Assembly: GCF_009914755.1 (NCBI RefSeq)
Contig: NC_060927.1
Direction: 5' to 3' (one strand)
Length of the DNA: 64,000 nucleotides
Source: the human T2T-CHM13v2.0 reference genome, Homo sapiens
The notes beneath the pieces are model-generated. The model saw only the letters and a list, made by a program, of their open reading frames with translations. It searched no databases and was not told the DNA's origin. Within the stretch, counting starts at the first letter, position 1, and each line of letters opens with the position of its first letter. Positions 29,032-42,980 of this stretch are shown one piece after another. The position numbers and the translations under genes are program-made.

Positions 29032-32000
29032 GGCATTCTGTTTGTTAAACAAACACTTATCTTTGGAAAACAGGATAAGGGGAGAGCTTGTAAATAAAGG
29101 GATGATGCTTATGAGCAGCCCTGGCTTTGGTGCCCTTGGAATGGAATTGCACACGGAAGAGGCAGGGAAAGTAGAGGCATCCCATTCTTCTGAAGAAAGC
29201 TTCCCCATCCCTCCCCTAGTCAGGTGACACTTGTGAATCAGGTTTTACAACCTGTGAAATAAAGGCTGTAGAATGAACACCAAAATTTAACACAGCTCTT
29301 TTCTGTTTTCTCATGTTTTGTTCTTCATATTAATTTAGTATCCATCTCTCTGATTATCATCTACTGAGATGAAAGAACTGAAAGTCAGAATGCTTCTCTC
29401 TGTAATTACTTACAGATGCATATGCCTACCACCAAAAGGAGAGATACCATCTCACAGAGGAAACAATCCACATCTCTTCCGTGCTCTCCCCTGTGCCCAG
29501 GCTTTCAGCATCAGCGACTACTTGGGCATAATTAGCCTTCCATTGATTTCCAGAAAATGTAGTTCTCAGAATAGAAATCTTTCTTTATGAAGATGTGATT
29601 GTAGGTAATTTGCCTGTTACTGTTTCATAATAAAGAAAGTTATTTCAGAAGAAATTACCTTTTTGGAAGTTAGAATTCTCTAAGGTAGGCTGGTAGTCAA
29701 TGAGGAATTCTTTGAAGCTTGCAAGTTTTGTGCTTTGATGCGTCTTGTATAAAATCAGGAGATTCTGCCATCACTACCACTGATTAGTAATTATTTTAGC
29801 CATTTACACTATTTCCAGAGGCTTTCTGGCATGTGGGGAATGAGTTGAGTTGGTAAGTTAAGCTTTTAAAAGTTGTAGGTTATTCTGGTTGGCAAAGCAT
29901 CTACTGACAGAATGAGTCATATTTTATAAACTCATTTTATTAGGAGAAATGGTAAAGAAAATCACAGGCCTCTGATTTCCTACAAATATGTAATGTAGAC
30001 GGTACTTAAAAAATAAATTCTGCCCAGTTAGTTAGAGCCACCACCATTGAATATTGCACTAATGCCCATATACATGCCCTTCGATCAAACTTGCCTATTT
30101 TCAGTTGATACAGTGAGCTTAGATTTCTTTCCCAAAGAGCTAGGCAAACATGGTGAAGTATAAACCTTTACTCATTTAATGAAGAAAAAAAAATCAGTCC
30201 ATCAAATAAGCACTCAAGTCCACATGCCTGAGGCTGTCTTTTGTAACCTAAGGGGAGGAAGGTGATCACTAGTTGGTACAGTATGTAATTTATTGAAAGA
30301 AGTTGTTGCTGTTGTCTTAGTACCCCCAGACCCCAGATTTCTACTGTTTTATGACAAGTCACAGAGATCAGGACCCTTGATAGGCCATAAATAGCACTGA
30401 GGATTTCCAAGGGTTATTGTTCTAGGTTTTGTTACATCCCAGAGAAAAATTGTGCAAGCTAGTTAAATTTCCAGAACAGCAGCTCACAGAGTTGGTGACT
30501 TATATTTATCTCTATAACACTATCACCTTCAAATACACTGTATGACTTATGTACTTATTTTTTCCATCATTTTTCTCCTAACATCTGGAGTGTTAGGATT
30601 TTTGTTTTGTTTGTTTTCCTCCTACAGTTGTATTTGTCATAGGTTTCAATCATATGGGGAGGTGAGACTCAAGTTAATTTGACAATTTGGAAAGAAACTT
30701 TGGAGGTAATTTTTAAAAAATGTTAATACATGTTTAAGATTTTATTATATAACTAACTAATTTTTAATGAGAACACAGGAGGATGTTACAGCCAATTCAA
30801 AGGAGAAATAAAAGCAGCACACATTTGTATGGAATAAAGAACGCTGAAATGGATGTGTAAATAGACACAAAAGTTGGCTTTTGCCTTGGGATAGGGGACA
30901 GAGAAGTCAATTGGACTTTCTAAATATACTGGGTAGAATTTATCTTTTTGTCTATAGACAGGACTTATTTTTCATTACTGTAAATTAGTCGCAAGTTACA
31001 GAGTCATAAAATTGTTGAAAGTAATGAAAGAGAACAGATTAGATAACTTAGAAGGGTTTGTTCTTAAAAAAAAAAAAAAGCATAACTTTCCATTGGAGAT
31101 ACTAGTAATTAGTATTATGCTTATTACAGTCTTGCTCCTTTTGACCAAAAATAATCTCAAAAAAGGTTATTTGTGATCATAAAATAAGACTGGTCTTAGG
31201 CCTAGCCTGATTATTTACATAGGTGGAACAAGCATTCATTTACTATAGAGGATAGCTTAAGTTTGCTTTGCTGGAAGTTTTCATGAGGATTCTCAGATTG
31301 GATTTTTAAGGGCTCTGTCATTTGCTATTCAAAGGCCAGGAGGCCAAGCCCAACAAATTTTACCAGGTTTCCCCTGCATTATCTATGAATTTGGGCAAAT
31401 TTCTCCCTTCTCAAGGTTCCCAAATTACCTCAACACTCTTGACCTGCCAGAAAATGACATTCCATACCCATAATGCTCAGACCCCGTAAAGCCAGGTACC
31501 TGGTCAGTTTTCTTGCAAAGGTTTCCTAAAAGGCCATCTTACTTTCTTACATGTGGCTTAGTATACCTGATTAACAGAACATCATCCTAAAATATGATAT
31601 ACCAGGCAAGGCTTTGGAGGCATACCAATATTTCCTATTACGTTCTGGTAGAAAAGGAAGACAGATACATTGAAACCATACAAATACATATTCTGTCATG
31701 TAAAGTAAAGGGACTCAATAAGAGTTTCTGAATTGAAGGTAGGAGAGTCCAGGTAAAAGTAGAAATCAGACGTCCTTTGCAAATGTCTCATTTCAGTTTA
31801 CAACAACAGCCTACCAAATTGTTTTATGAATTATCAAAAGCTTAAGAAAATAGAAAAGTGCTTCCTTATCTAATCAAAACATAGGATATTAGGCTAACAT
31901 CAATAAATATTGCAAACAAATAATGCAATAAAATCTCTTTCATTAGTTCATTCAGTCCTAGGTAATTAATTCTTGCTCCACTGGACTTTTGGGTAGCAAT

Positions 32001-32705
32001 ATCATGGAGTAGAGTTTTTGATTAAAAAGAAATCTGAAAATTTTGGTATCATCTGAAAAACTGCCCAGATGATGCCTTCTGATTCAATCCTTTTCCTCAG
32101 GGCCATAAGAGGGTTTATACCTGATTGCAGAGCTTTCAGGGAAGAGTCACAGAAAAACAAAAGCTCTCTGTAGATGACAGAGACTCAAAAGGCTGCGGTT
32201 ATTTTATTATTGGCAATTTGCAAATGTGAAAGATCTAATGAGAGTTTATGTCAAGAATAATCCAGTTGACAAGGAAATGTAGTTGTTTCTGTGGCATGCA
32301 AAACGAGATAATAAAGACAATCAAAAATGTTTTTGATAAAATGTCTTTTAGAATAATGATTAAGGCTATTTTCAAAGAACAGAGGGAATGCTATATACGA
32401 TTTATACAAATAGTGAACATAATTTTCACAGCAGAAAAAAATCTTGATACATAGCACGTAATAATCCTGGGGCATAATATACCTAGCATACTAAGAATAC
32501 AGCAAGAATGTCAAGTAGAGAGATTACATAAGTCTGCAGTAGATTCTAGATAACTGCCGTTTTATAAAACTCCATAGGTAACATTGATGTGCATCCCCAG
32601 TTGAAATCTATTGGCCTAAAAAATGCTAGATTTAAATTTTAAAAGTGAGGTTGTAGCCAAGTAAGCATTTTAATAATAACTAAAATTATGTATGATAACA
32701 CTGTA

Positions 32706-32927
32706 TGGGGCATCAACAAAATGTTTCTGTAAAAGGCCAATTAGTAAATATTTTAGGCTTGTGAGGTATAACATCTCCATCACAGCTACTGAACTTTGCT
32801 ATTGTAGTGCAAATGCAGCCATAGATAATATGTAAATCTATGGGCTTCTCCGTGTTCCAATAACACTTTATAAAAACAGGTAATCGGCCTTATTATTTGG
32901 CTGATGGGCCATGTTGACCGATGTCTG
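32706..32927 (+). mobile_element. MER58A
   Basis: ttctgtaaaaggccaattagtaaatattttaggctt...gcagccatagataatatgtaaa...gtgttccaataacacttta. Confidence 0.88.
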
Positions 32928-33460
32928 AGGTATACTGTTGTTGCCTGTATCATCAGACAAAGCATAACCAAGACTCTGACAAATAGAAACACGTTATGTG
33001 CAGTGAAGACAGTGACAGATCTCTTGGAACTTCCCCTAAGGAATATAATTTCTGAATATTTACATTAATTAATATTCTTCAATGCAAATTTTATCTAGGG
33101 AAGCCTGAGCAACTCTTCTAATTTGACTTTTCCCATAAAACTCATAGTAGTAACAGAGCAAATGAACCAGATGACTTCTAGCTCCTCTTTTTTTTTATAA
33201 GACTAAAGAACAAATCCTTGTGATTTTCCAGGAACCCTCTATGAAACTTCAAAGATAGTTTTAGGTGTAACAGATGTCCTGAAAGCCTTATGGTTTTTTA
33301 TACATTAAAAATCTGATTAGGTGAAAGGAAAATTTTTTAAAAAATCAGAGGTGGGTGATTTGGACTGTTAAGATATGACAATAAAACACACAAATAAGCA
33401 TAGAAAGTCATACAATTGTGGAACACCTTATCTGTTTTATAAGTGAGGAAACTTTGCTTG

Positions 33461-33763
33461 TTTTCTTTTTCTTTTTGGGGGGACAAGGTCTCTCTTTGTC
33501 ACCCAGGCTGGAGTGTGCAGTGGCGCAATCTCGGCTCACTGCAACCTCTGCCTCCTGGGTTAAAGCGATTCTCCTGCCTCAGCCTCCTGAGTAGCTGGGA
33601 TCACAGGCGTGCACAACCACACCTAGCTAATTTTTGTATTTTTAGTAGAGACAGGGTTTTGCCATGTTGGTCAGGCTGGTCTCGAACTCCTGACCTCAGG
33701 TGATTCACCAGCCTTGACCTCCCAAAGTGCTGCAATTACAGGTGTGAGCCTCCTGCACCCGGC
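33461..33763 (-). mobile_element. AluSx-like, antisense, with TSD
   Basis: gtcacccaggctggagtg...gacctcaggtgat...cccaaagtgctg; TSD ttgttttctt at 33458-33467 and 33765-33774. Confidence 0.97.
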
Positions 33764-34188
33764 ATTGTTTTCTTAATAATCAAGGACATAATGATGTCAA
33801 TGTAAAGCATTGAAGTCACTCTGGTGAAAAGAAAATCTTTATTATCTAGACAGATTACACACAACAAAAATGGTAACACTTTATATTGCAGATGAAGATA
33901 TTAGTCAGTAAACAAAGAAAATAAGCTCATCAAAATTGAGAAAGCTTTGCTAGTATCTTAACAGGTTTTATAGATTTCCAGATTCAGGCATTATAAAAAC
34001 CAAGGCAGATGAGTTTTACTTTCCAAGTTGTGTCTGTGGTTCTGCTCTTTCATATGTGGAACAAAATGACACTTGATTTTCGGACAGGTCTCAGGGCTGT
34101 TTCTGAGGCCAGAAATAACTTCATCCTATTACCGAGATGTTATTAATATGCAATGCTTTTATCTTTGCTATCTTCCTTGGCATCATTA

Positions 34189-34252
34189 AATAAGCATTGT
34201 AGTGGTTCTGTTTCAGTTTCAATAAGCATTGTAGTGGTTCTGTTTCAGTTTC
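34189..34252. repeat. Perfect tandem duplication, 32 bp x2
   Basis: aataagcattgtagtggttctgtttcagtttc twice. Confidence 0.98.
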
Positions 34253-34659
34253 CAACAGTGAGTACTGACATTTACAACCTAGAAGTAAAACCTCTTTGGA
34301 GTCTTCAATAAGTTTTCATAGTACAAGAGAGTAAGGTATGTGAAAAGTAAAAAGTAGTTAAAGAGTATAAAGAAAACCAAAACAAAACAAAAGCAAAAAA
34401 TACTGATTACTGTTGTCTTAGGACAAAACTACTCTTGGCCTTGGAAAAAACATGGAAATATATATAGTTTCATTTTTTTCTGAAACTAGTGCCCCTAAGT
34501 CTAGGCTCAACCACTTACATAAATTTTATCTTGTAACCAAAGTAAATAGCCACTGTTGCACAGAGAAAATTGGCTGGGGAGCGGGGGGCGAATGATTGAG
34601 GACAGCTTGTCGTCTACCATCATTTCAGCAGACTCACAGAGCTCGTAAGCACACTTTCC

Positions 34660-36048
34660 TTTTTTTTTTTTTTTTTTTTTAGGTTTGGGGGTATATGTGA
34701 AACTTTTGTACATACATAAACAAGTGTTACAGGGCTTTGCTGTGTGTGTTATTTCATCACCCAAGTATTAAGCCCAGTAACCAATAGTTACCTTTCCTGC
34801 TCCTCTCCTTCCTCTCACCCTCCCCCAAGTAGGCCCCAGTGTCTTTTGTTCCCTTTTTTGTGTTCATAAGTTCTTATTATTTAGCTTCCACTTATAAGTG
34901 AGAACACACCATATTCTGTTTTCTGTTTCAGCATCAGTTTGCTAAGGATAACAGCCTCCAGCTCCATCTATGTTCCTGCAAAAGACATGACTCATGCTTT
35001 TTTATGGCTGTACAGTATTCCATGGTGTGTATGTACCACATTTTCTTTATCCACTCTGTCACTGATGGGCATTCAGGTTGACTCCATGTCTTTGCTATTG
35101 TGAATAGTGCTGCAATGAATATTCACGTACATGTGTCTTTATGGTAAAATGATTTATATTCCTCCATGTATAAACCCAGTAATGAGATTGCTGGGTCAAG
35201 TAGTAATTCCACTTTTAGCTTTTTGAGGAATCGCTTTCCACTAAGGTTGAGCTAATTTACACTCCCACCAACAGTATATAAGCATTCCTTTATTCCTGCA
35301 ACCTTGCCAGCATCTGTTATTTTTTGACTTTTTTAATAATAGCCATTCTGACTGCTGTGAGATGGTATCTCATTGTGGTTTTGATTTGCATTTCTCTAAT
35401 GATCAGTGATATTGAGCTTTTTTTCATATGCTTGTTGGTTGTATTTAGGTCTTCTTTTGAGAAGTGTCTGTTCATGTCCTTTGTCCACTTTATAATAGGG
35501 TTTTTTCTTGTAAATTTAAGTTCCTTGTAGGAGCTGGATATTAGACTTTTGTCACATTCATGGTTTGCAAATATTTTCTTCCATTTTGTAGGTTTTCTCT
35601 TTACTCTGTTGATAGTTTCTTTTGCTGTGTAGAAGCTTTTCAGTTTAATTAGGTCCCAATTGTCAGTTTTTGCTTTTGTCGTGATTGCTTTCGGAGTCTT
35701 TGTCATTAAATCTTTGCCAGTTCCTATGTCCGGGATAGTAATGCCTAGGTTGTCTTCCAGGGTTTTTATAGTTTGGAGTTTTACATTTAAGTCATTAATC
35801 TATCTTGAGTTGATTTTTCTGTATGATGTAAGAAAGGGGTCCAGCTTCAATTTTCTGCACGTGGCTAGCCAGTTATTCCAGCACCATTTATTAAATAGGA
35901 AGTCTTTTTCCCATTCCTTGTTTTTGTCAGCTTTGTCAAAGATTAGATGGTCATACATGTGCAGCCTTATTTCTGGGCTCTCTATTCTGTTTCATTGGTC
36001 TATGTGCCTGTTTTTGTACCAGTATCATGCTGTTTTAGTTACTGTAGC
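34660..36048 (-). mobile_element. 5'-truncated primate L1 (L1PA13-16-like), ~1.4 kb
   Basis: T21 tail; 3' UTR ccacttataagtgagaac; minus-strand ORF 35317-35706 is an ORF2 remnant ([40 protein letters not shown]). Confidence 0.96.
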
Positions 36049-36199
36049 ATTTTATACACTTAACTTTCTACTGCTGCATGCATCCCTCATACAACTCCTC
36101 AAAGTGGCAAGAAAGAACATTTACAGGGACCAAAGATAGAGCCTCTAAATGAGGAACAAAAGCACTTAAGTCAGTAATTCACTGTTCTTAGAAATGATG

Positions 36200-36740
36200 T
36201 AGACATCCAACACTACAGAGAAGCAGGGAAGTCACATTTTAGATCATGAGGAAAGTGGGGTCCATAAATGAAATTCAATGCTGGGAGAAATAACAGCACA
36301 TTAGTATATAGATAGGGATATCCAGTAGAGAGGGACAAATGTTGCTGCAGGGTGGGCTTGGAGATTGCTGGAACGATATTCTTGAACAGGGCAGAGTAGA
36401 GGAGCTCTAGACCACAAGTGAAACTTGCAGAGCTCGTGGAACAGAAGATGAGCCTTTCCTCCACATTAGCAGGAGGAAAAAACAGAGCAGGCACAGGTAT
36501 GGGTAGGTGGGTGAATGTGGGGTTAGAAGCTGGTGGAGAAACTTCTGTTCTATGAGATATAAATGGAGTAAATGAAGGCCAGGGAAGGAGATGTTGAGCT
36601 TTTGAGGAGAGGGGACAGTGGATGATGGATGAAATCATCACCTAGAGAATAAAAGCATGCAGGGCTAGAAATATAGTATGATCATGGAGTGACATCAGAA
36701 GCCCACTTGGAGTGAGTGGTAAATTTAAAGTAAAACCAGC
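36200..36740 (-). mobile_element. L2 fragment
   Basis: Purine-rich L2-like sequence: aacagcacattagtata...gagattgctggaacgatattcttgaacaggg. Confidence 0.5.
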
Positions 36741-36794
36741 CAACATTAGAAACCTACTTTGACAACCACTCCTTTAAAGAAGGAAAAATAAAAC

Positions 36795-36838
36795 AAGTGA
36801 CACCAGACAGAATTAAGTGACACCAGACAGAATTAAGT
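36795..36838. repeat. Perfect tandem duplication, 20 bp x2.2
   Basis: aagtgacaccagacagaatt twice plus aagt. Confidence 0.97.
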
Positions 36839-38049
36839 TCTGGATATAGCCATCCCATTCATAGCTGGGTACTTCTGACAAATAGATTCCCAAGGTTTTG
36901 CTGCTGGTTCTTGGTTGACGTGGTTTTACTTAAACAGACTTGAGTGCCTTCCTATGCTGGATGTTTACATTTTAACTTTCTTATTTTCCATTTTGGAAAG
37001 AGGGGTGGTCATTCAACAAGTACTTTTGAGCATCTGTCTTATTGAAGGTAGGGCGCTTGGAAGAATTCTTGGTTAACTGCCTTGGACTAAAAGGCACTTA
37101 AACTTTAAGTCTACAGCAGCATAGGACTTTAATCCTTAGCGGTCCAGTTATCTCTTGGAATCAATTCTTTAAAAATGTGCAAAGCCACTCATGAATTGTC
37201 TGCTGAGTAAAGAATTAGCCATAATAGAGATGCTTTTTAAAGTAATTGGACCCCCCAACACTAATTGATGTGACAGCTCATTACCAGGCATTGCCAGCAG
37301 CCCTGCTGTCATTGGTTCCAGACTAGTTAAACAAAGTAATTAATTACTCTTTCGATGAAACAACCAGATAGATAGGATTTTTTAATTGCTGTGGTGTCAT
37401 AAGGTATTTTTCATTTATGTTTTCATTTCTATTAAAATACGTAGCTATGGCCCTGAAATCACTACTTAGAATTTAACAATTTTGGAGGGAATTTTTAGTT
37501 TTCCATGGATAATTCACCTAACAAAAAGAAGTACACCAGGAAAAACATCAGCTATTGCAAAGGTGGCAAAATGGATTAGGTATGAGGTATATCCAAAGGA
37601 AGCATCTTGGGATTTTGTTTCTTATTTTCATGATCCAGGGCATTATATCCAAATTTTAGGCTTCCACGGCCTCCCGATAGTACCCAAGGCCACATGTTCT
37701 TAGAGGTGAAAGATGTTTGTTTTTAGTTTTGGTTTTCCCGTAGTCATCACACTATGCACTGGAGTGAAAAACTACAACCAACAGGATGTGGTTAGCGAAA
37801 ACATTACTTTGGCCATCCTGGGCTGACCAACTGAAAAACAAGAACAAATAACAACAAAACGATAGTTAATGTATAATATTTTTTTTGGTTCCCTAGGCAT
37901 AGCTGAGCCAGTAGTATTCTGTCTGTCCTTAAATATTTAGGTAGCATTTATAGGCTGTGATGCGAGAGAATATATTGAATAGCCTTGTGTCTTACCTCAT
38001 GGATCACATCCAATTTAATTCTAATGTATATGAGTATTTCAGACCTTCT

Positions 38050-38207
38050 GCACATTAGTTAAGTTTGCTGAGCCTCATATTCCTCACCTGTTAAATGGAG
38101 ATGCTAATAGTACTTATCTTCTTGGATTATTGCGAAAGATTTAAGGAATCTGTCCCCTAAATACCTTGGAACAGTGCCTGGCCAATAGTGAGTGCTAATA
38201 ATTATTA
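38050..38207 (+). mobile_element. MIR
   Basis: ctgagcctcatattcctcacctgttaaatggagatgctaatagtac...acagtgcctggccaatagtgagtgct. Confidence 0.8.
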
Positions 38208-38584
38208 TATGAAACCGTTGCCGTAGTGTATCAAGGGGCCTATAATTTGGTAGAGAAATAAACTATGTGCAGTGAGAAACAAGGAATTTAGGGAAGAAAC
38301 ATGGGGATGCAGAAGACTCCTTATGAAACAAGAAATGGCTTTGTATCAAGTGCTTCCTCCAAGATACCTGTCATCCCTCCGTTCTCCCTGTCTCCACTGC
38401 TGCCACCTATCATCATCATGCCTAACAATCAGCCAAGAAGGTATAGAAGACAGAGGCCAGAGAGAAACAGGGACAGCTGTCATAGACCTACTGGAGCTGA
38501 AATGGACCTTTGTGATGTTGAGGTCAAGCTTCCCAAGAACTGGATAAGGAAACTGGAGCCCAACTAGAATAGCTCTGTTCTTGC

Positions 38585-38730
38585 TCATAAAAGTTGCCCG
38601 ATGGATTGAATGCATTAGCATCAACTGGGAGCATTGTAGAAATGCAGACTTTCAGGCCCCACCCAGACCTACCAGATCAGAATCTGCATATTAGCAAGAT
38701 CCCAGGTGACCTACATATGCCCATTAAAGG
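38585..38730. mobile_element. MER5A1-like MITE
   Basis: agcatcaactgggagcattgtagaaatgcagactttcaggccccacccagacctac...tcagaatctgcat..caagatcccaggtga. Confidence 0.85.
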
Positions 38731-39084
38731 TAGAAATGGACAGCTCCATCTTGCAAAGAGAAATCTGGAGACGTGGAACATTGAAGTTAATTCATAGTAT
38801 GAGAATACAAAAATCATACATGTTTTTAAGAATCTATGAACAAATCTGTAAAAATTCACAATTCTCATGAAGAATATAATAGGAAAAGCTATGGACTTAA
38901 AACCAATAGTCCAGAATTTTGATTCTGACTTTTGTTACCTTGAGGTCCTTTAACCTCTCAGATTTCTCCTGTATCTCTATGGTTTTACTAGATGCCTTCT
39001 CACACCCTTCTGAAAGTCTTGGTTAGTAATTCTGTTGTCATGGTATTAATAATATAGCATGGTAGAATGGCTAGAAAGTAGCCC

Positions 39085-39280
39085 AGCAGTTAGGAGCATG
39101 GATGCCAGAGCCAGATTCCAAAGGCATCAATACCAGCTCATCACTTTTGGGTTACGTGCCCTTAGTCACTTTTCTTTAACCTCCCTGTCTCATCTATAAG
39201 ATAGGTGTGGCAACAATAGTAACTACTTCCTGGAGTTTATGTTCAGAATTAAATTGAGATGTCATAAAGTGCTTAAAACC
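39085..39280 (+). mobile_element. MIR
   Basis: gttaggagcatggatgccagagccaga...tttaacctc..ctcatctataagat...aaagtgctta. Confidence 0.65.
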
Positions 39281-40911
39281 ACTGGACAACATGTATTTCC
39301 TATGCCAGGCCCTGGGCTAAGATGTGGAGAAGTCAAAGATGAGTCCCTGCCTTTGAGGAGGAAACTCTGAGCTGAACCTCCTAGGAATGAGTGGAATCAG
39401 GGTAGGTCTGGATTTACAGTGCCCAGCCATGTTTAGGCGGATCAGGAAAATACTAAGCTCTAACTTACAGAGGACATGGGATATATTTTACTTGGAGAAG
39501 ATAAGGAAGCTAAAGAGACCTAATAGCTGTGTTCAAACACTGGGCTGGCATGAAGTTGAGGTTCAGACTTCTCCGCGTGGCATCAGAGGGAAGAATTAGC
39601 ATGAAGGTTAAAAGGAATTTTGGAAGGATAACTAGTAAAGATTTGGGAAATGGCCATCCATATTTGTTAATATCTGGGAAGAATTAGATTTTAGAGGAGA
39701 AAAAGTGATTTGGGCACCAAGGAAAGAATTCTTGGAAACAGCTTCAGTAAAACTGCATGAATTTGAATTAGTTTGTAAAGAGGACCAATTAGATTCAGTG
39801 AAAGATCCATTGCTTATCTTTAAAGAAGCAGGATTTCATTTCTTTCAACTCTGCAGAGTAACTTGAACCAATTACTTTTGCAGAGTAAACTAATGAGCTG
39901 CTTTAATGAGCAGATAATATGAACATATAATTATCAGCAACATGAATATATAGTGTTTCCAAGTCTTTTTTTTTTTAACATATTTATGTTATGTAAAGAC
40001 AGTAAAAACTATCTCCCAACATATTTACCCTTCGAGTTTTCCTGGGAAACACTTTTCATGAGTTAAGTTAAATTCTACTTGTCTCACTTAGTCTCAATGG
40101 ACATGAATTTGGGGTCAGTGGCTACCAGATTAATAAGGTTTTACTTAGATAGTAAACATATAAATAGTGAAAGTGTTTGGTTTATTTTATCAATAAGAGA
40201 TTTCCCTCCATAGCTGTTCTCAAACTGCTAGATAGGATTTAGTCTATGCATTCAAAATTCCAGCCCTAACGTACATATGTCATGCATATTTCAACAAGAT
40301 TCAATTATAGCTGACAAAACATTTGTAAAGGCGGCTAGATTCTAGCCCAGATGGTGGCTGGGCTTTTGATGAACACTCTAAATATGTGGCATTATTCATC
40401 CCTGACGCTCAGAAAAATAAACATAAGGTACCACTTCTCCCAGGGCAGGGAAGTGGAGAAGAAAATGCTCACATCTTCCCAACGTACAGAGTTGTTTTCC
40501 CCTAGAAGTTTCAGAATGCTGACATTTTGCTTTAACAACAAGGGAAGATATCTCTGAGCATTCTCCTGAACACATATGACCCCTTCCTGTGGAAGTTAGA
40601 TAATCTGGGCCTTAATTTCCTCTCTAAGGCCCCTTCCAGATGATCATCTTATGATAGCCTTTTCTGAACTATTTCCAAAGATACTAAGTCTCAATTTCTG
40701 ACATCAAGACCTCACATTTTAATATTTTGACAGATATACATACTGTATCTTGTAAGTTGTGGTATAGGGAAACTCTGCGAAAACATTTTTAGTAGAAGTT
40801 TTGATACCACTGTTGTTTAACTTGGGTCAAATGTTAATTTAAAAATTAGTTGTTGAATGAAAGTGCCTGAACCTAAAGGCAGTCATTGGATTTTTTAAAA
40901 ATAAAAATGTC

Positions 40912-41383
<472 letters not shown>

Positions 41384-41449
41384 TTACAGGAAATGGCCAA
41401 GTTCAAGAAGAATATCTTTCTAGCATTTTCCTTTCAACTGTGTTCTTCT

Positions 41450-42980
41450 ACTTAAAACATATAGTTGGGTTTGATTTTATAATCTAGTCAGTAAACTTAA
41501 TATTTTACTTTGGTTTTGAGTTTGTTATTCTTGATCAATCCAATAGAATGCAAGAAGGAAACAGTCAGCAAATATATAATTTGTTCATTTTTCTCTTCCA
41601 CATTAACCTGTTAGACAATTTTTTTAGTTACTCTGACAATTACAATATACAGGCATTCTTGAGTTAAATTCTAATAAAAATTATTACTTTCATCAATTTT
41701 CTGATAATGCTAGTATTTTGAAAGAGTAATTTAGTCAACCCCCTTCCTTATTTTTATGTCATTGTGCCATATGCTTTAAACCCCAAAGTCAGTATTATTG
41801 CAAAATAGATTCATTTGTATTAACCCACCTATTTATTCTTTCTGACTCTCCACATTTCCTCTTGAATCTCTGAACTGTGATCTGACTTCAGTTTTTATTC
41901 TATCTGTGTCATACCCTTTGGGCAGTGTTTGTAAATTTAGTTACATTTTAAAGGTGGCATCTTGCGGTCTTTGACTACATTGTTTTTACTGAGAATTCAG
42001 TTTCTTTTTTATTTGAAAGTAATATGCCTTTTTTTCTTTACCTATTTTCAATGTTTCATCTTCTTTTGTATGCATACATGAGTATATATGTACATATGCA
42101 TGATATGTGTGTATATGTGTGTATTCTTCCTCCCTTAGAGTTTGTAACACTTTTTAAATCTGTGTGTCACTGTCTTTCATCATCTCTTATGAGTTTTGGA
42201 AATTCTCAGCCATTATCTATTTAAATATTACTTCTCCATTCCCACTTTCAGTTTCTACTGGGACTCGAAGTTTAGGTAAATTAAAATGGCTTACTTATTT
42301 TTCCCTTACAGTTCCATACATTTCTGGTTTTGGTCATTTTCTCTTGAAGTCTGTTTACTCTGCCATTAAAACCTCTACACTAAATTCTAAATTTGTTGCC
42401 GTTTCTTTTTAATCACATCACCTTGAATACCTTATAAAATAGGTTATATGGATAATTTGAATATGGATAATTTGAGGTAGTGGATAATATTTTTCCTATG
42501 GAAAACTGACTTCTGCTTCTGAGTAAGGCTGGTTTTTATGAGGGTGGGTATATTTCTATGTAGTCTTCCTAGGTTATGGCCCTTTGAGGTTTCAAACCAA
42601 AGCCTGAATTTTATAAGGTTTTCCAGAATAAGCAGATGGCTCTTAGGGAAAAATAAAATAGAAAGGGGAGGAGGAGGGACTACTCAAAATACCAGGCTTG
42701 CCTCTCTCTGATTTTTCTTTTGGCTTGGTACCTTTTCCCTGTAATTCTTTTCTGTCTTGTTAACTCCTCAATGCCTTGAAGAAGGTTTTATGTGTGTATG
42801 AGTGTATATGTATATATAGTATATATTACATATAAGCATATAACGTATTTATATATACTTGAATACTTATAAGTGTATTACATATATAAACACACACACA
42901 TATATAGTAGATAAGTAGATACATAGTGATATATTTTTAATTTTATTCAGGTTTCTAGTTGTACTCAGTAGAAAGGTTGA
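41450..42980 (-). mobile_element. Ancient L1M fragments with TA/TG-rich low-complexity inserts
   Basis: catatagttgggtttgatttt; ttttggaaattctcagccattatctatttaaatattacttct. Confidence 0.5.

Larger units (their letters stand above)
30250..33950 (-). mobile_element. Degenerate ERV1 (MER4-group-like) non-coding internal sequence; no LTR recognised
   Basis: Motifs recalled from MER4-group internal consensus: cctagcctgattatttacataggtg, aaggttccc...gacctgccagaaaatgacattc, ttcagtcctaggtaattaattcttg, ccttgtgattttccaggaaccctct. Confidence 0.6.

Noticed and set aside
35317-36139. 129-aa and 159-aa ORFs
   Set aside because: L1 ORF2 remnant and its antisense frame within a 5'-truncated dead L1
34189-36838. 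32-bp and 20-bp repeats as CRISPR-like arrays
   Set aside because: Only two abutting copies each, no spacers, eukaryotic context
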